Source of the DNA: Paraphysomonas bandaiensis
Taxonomy: Eukaryota > Protista > Chrysophyceae
Direction: 5' to 3'
Length of the DNA stretch: 64,000 bases
Assembly: GCA_965644295.1 (NCBI GenBank)
Contig: CBFFRP010000297.1
Span: 682,001-746,000 of the forward strand
Translations under genes and position numbers: made by a program
Shown here: one piece after another, positions 61,490 to 64,000 of the stretch
Layout of the letters: every line of letters starts with the position of its first letter
How positions within the stretch are numbered: position 1 is the first letter of the stretch
The notes under the pieces: generated by a model
The model's input: only the letters and a program-made list of their open reading frames with translations
What the model was told of the DNA's origin: nothing
Databases searched by the model: none

Positions 61490-61874
61490 ATAGTCATTCT
61501 ACATGAAAGCACTTAGTACTGGCCTTATTACCTGCTTGCATTTTAGTGCTTGCTGAGATGAAGTCGAGGGGTTTCCATCTGAAGTATGTTGTACTCGTAC
61601 TGTACTTTTTACCATCATACCTTATATGACATTAATATAATTCGATTTCACAACAAACTTATGTATTTCTTGAAACAGCTGTCTTATAGTATCAAATGCT
61701 AAGTATATGCCTTGAGATGTCATGTAACAAAACTAGCGCTTCGTCAACGCTGAAACGAAAGAATAGCCTATGCTCTAGCTCATAGATAAAACAAAAAGTA
61801 GCGGTTCAGACTTAAGACTGATAGAAGCGTTAGTTTCCCATGCTATGCTTGGGGCCTTGTATATTGTATTAAAT

Positions 61875-62061
61875 CGATACACGATCTCATACACTGCACT
61901 TCATTTATGTGTATGTCTACTATACAATATCAGAATGATTGATTGCGTAGATTACATGAACTGCCTTTGAAGCACTAAGTGTAATCTACGCAATCAACCA
62001 TTCTGATGTTGTATTGTAGACATACACATAAATGAAGTGCAGTGTATGAGATCGTGTATCG
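61875..62061. repeat. Long hairpin: 82-bp arms (3 mismatches), 23-nt loop
   Basis: 61875-61956 is the reverse complement of 61980-62061. Confidence 0.93.
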
Positions 62062-62615
62062 TGATACATACCAGCAGCAGGTGTATTGTTGGCAACCCCA
62101 AGGGGAGCGACCGAAGGTGCAGGTGGACCGGCAACACCAAGAGGAACTACTTAAGACACAAGATGATCGATCACACCAAGAGGAGCGGTTAAAGGTGCAG
62201 GTGGGATCAAAGCAGGGGGAATAGGAAGCGTTCTAACGTTCACAATCAAATGATGTTATAATGTTTCGTCTGCTTGTCCTGGTTGGACCTCTCCACACGA
62301 GTCCACTCTCCTCAATTCACTGTATGAGGCTCAGTGCTACAGCCTCGTGACGAAACACTGTCATGAAAACACATGTGACCTTCCTGGAAGGCAGTTATAA
62401 GCCTGCAACTCTGAACTACTCAGTAAGAGTGTCATCTGAGAGTGGTATCAGCTCTGCGGCAGTCGGATGTATGTGTGTGTGTCTGTCTGTGTGCTCAGGA
62501 GGTGTGATCCACACAACAATGAACACCTCATCCGATAAACCACACCTCCTGAGCACTCCTCACTGTCATCAACAATGTCACCATATTAGCACCAGAAGAT
62601 ACTGACGACTATAAG

Positions 62616-63689
62616 ATACATACATACATACATACATACATACATACATACATACATACATACATACATACATACATACATACATACATACATACATACA
62701 TACATACATACATACATACATACATACATACATACATACATACATACATACATACATACATACATACATACATACATACATACATACATACATACATACA
62801 TACATACATACATACATACATACATACATACATACATACATACATACATACATACATACATACATACATACATACATACATACATACATACAAACATACA
62901 TACATACATACATACATACATACATACATACATACATACATACATACATACATACATACATACATACATACATACATACATACATACATACATACATACA
63001 TACATACATACATACATACATACATACATACATACATACATACATACATACATACATACATACATACATACATACATACATACATACATACATACATACA
63101 TACATACATACATACATACATACATACATACATACATAAATACATACATACATACATACATACATACATACATACATACATACATACATACATACATACA
63201 TACATACATACATACATACATACATACATACATACATACATACATACATACATACATACATACATACATACATACATACATACATACATACATACATACA
63301 TACATACATACATACATACATACATACATACAGACATACAGACATACATACATACATACATACATACATACATACATACATACATACATACATACATACA
63401 TACATACATACATACATACATACATACATACATACATACATACATACATACATACATACATACATACATACATACATACATACATACATACATACATACA
63501 TACATACATACATACATACATACATACATACATACATACATACATACATACATACATACATACATACATACATACATACATACATACATACATACATACA
63601 TACATACATACATACATACATACATACATACATACATACATACATACATACATACATACATACATACATACATACATACATACATACAT
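62616..63689. repeat. (CATA)n/(TATG)n microsatellite, ~1.07 kb
   Basis: Seen directly, with only a few interruptions. Confidence 0.99.
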
Positions 63690-63792
63690 GTATAGTGTGT
63701 CCACTGGCAACGGTAGTAAGTGTTAGTGATTCACGCTCTCGTCTTCTATCCTCATTATCTCTCATAGAGTGTGTATATATCATCTGGTGGCA

Positions 63793-64000
63793 ATGGACTC
63801 CTCTCTCTCTCTCTCTCTGTCAGTGTCGTCAGTGGGGTTTGTAGCCTCTATCGGATGCGTGATCATCTATCAGAGATTCAGATATCGTCCATATGACTCA
63901 TACGCACAGACAAGAGACACACACAGAGCATATGAGCAGTTGATTGGCAACACGCCGATGACTAAACTCCTGAAAGCCTCTCAACTCACTGGATGTGAGA
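63793..64000 (+). CDS. Cysteine synthase-like PLP enzyme with N-terminal TM anchor (5' part, runs off the window)
   Basis: MDSSLSLSLSVSSVGFVASIGCVIIYQR...AYEQLIGNTPMTKLLKASQLTGCE (IGNTP motif). Confidence 0.75.
   Translation, partial: MDSSLSLSLSVSSVGFVASIGCVIIYQRFRYRPYDSYAQTRDTHRAYEQLIGNTPMTKLLKASQLTGCE

Noticed and set aside
62090-62215. Three degenerate ~39-bp repeats encoding Pro-rich sequence on the minus strand
   Set aside because: Short, interrupted by a stop, and no family recognised.
62578-63783. Three long MYVC-repeat ORFs
   Set aside because: Artefacts of the stop-free (TATG)n microsatellite.

Overview
AT-rich eukaryotic nuclear DNA with many short (~50-170 nt) GT-AG introns. The gene set and intron style suggest a flagellated protist, probably a stramenopile or chrysophyte-like organism (inference). 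About 17 host genes are present, often in head-to-head pairs: a 5-exon long-form [FeFe]-hydrogenase with a presequence-like N-terminus and an extra C-terminal SnoaL/NTF2-like domain, a NEPRO/RMP1-like gene, a two-repeat voltage-gated cation channel with C-terminal EF-hands, a Crypton-like GCR1_C gene, an IQ/WW-SAM-FKBP protein, an EamA transporter, a CPW-type ankyrin protein, a trypsin-like protease, a GT2-like protein, a BK/Slo channel, an NDK-like repeat protein, an LRRCC1-like protein, an opine dehydrogenase, Ran, a PRMT and the start of a cysteine-synthase-like gene. Mobile DNA includes an intact chromodomain Ty3/Gypsy element with apparently identical LTRs, nested in a ~10 kb Mutator-like element that carries a HECT E3 ligase and a 166-bp fold-back/tandem rearrangement. 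There are also two hAT MITEs, a three-copy unclassified ~480-bp repeat whose inverted ends bracket a 5.85-kb block, an 82-bp hairpin and a 1.07-kb (CATA)n tract.
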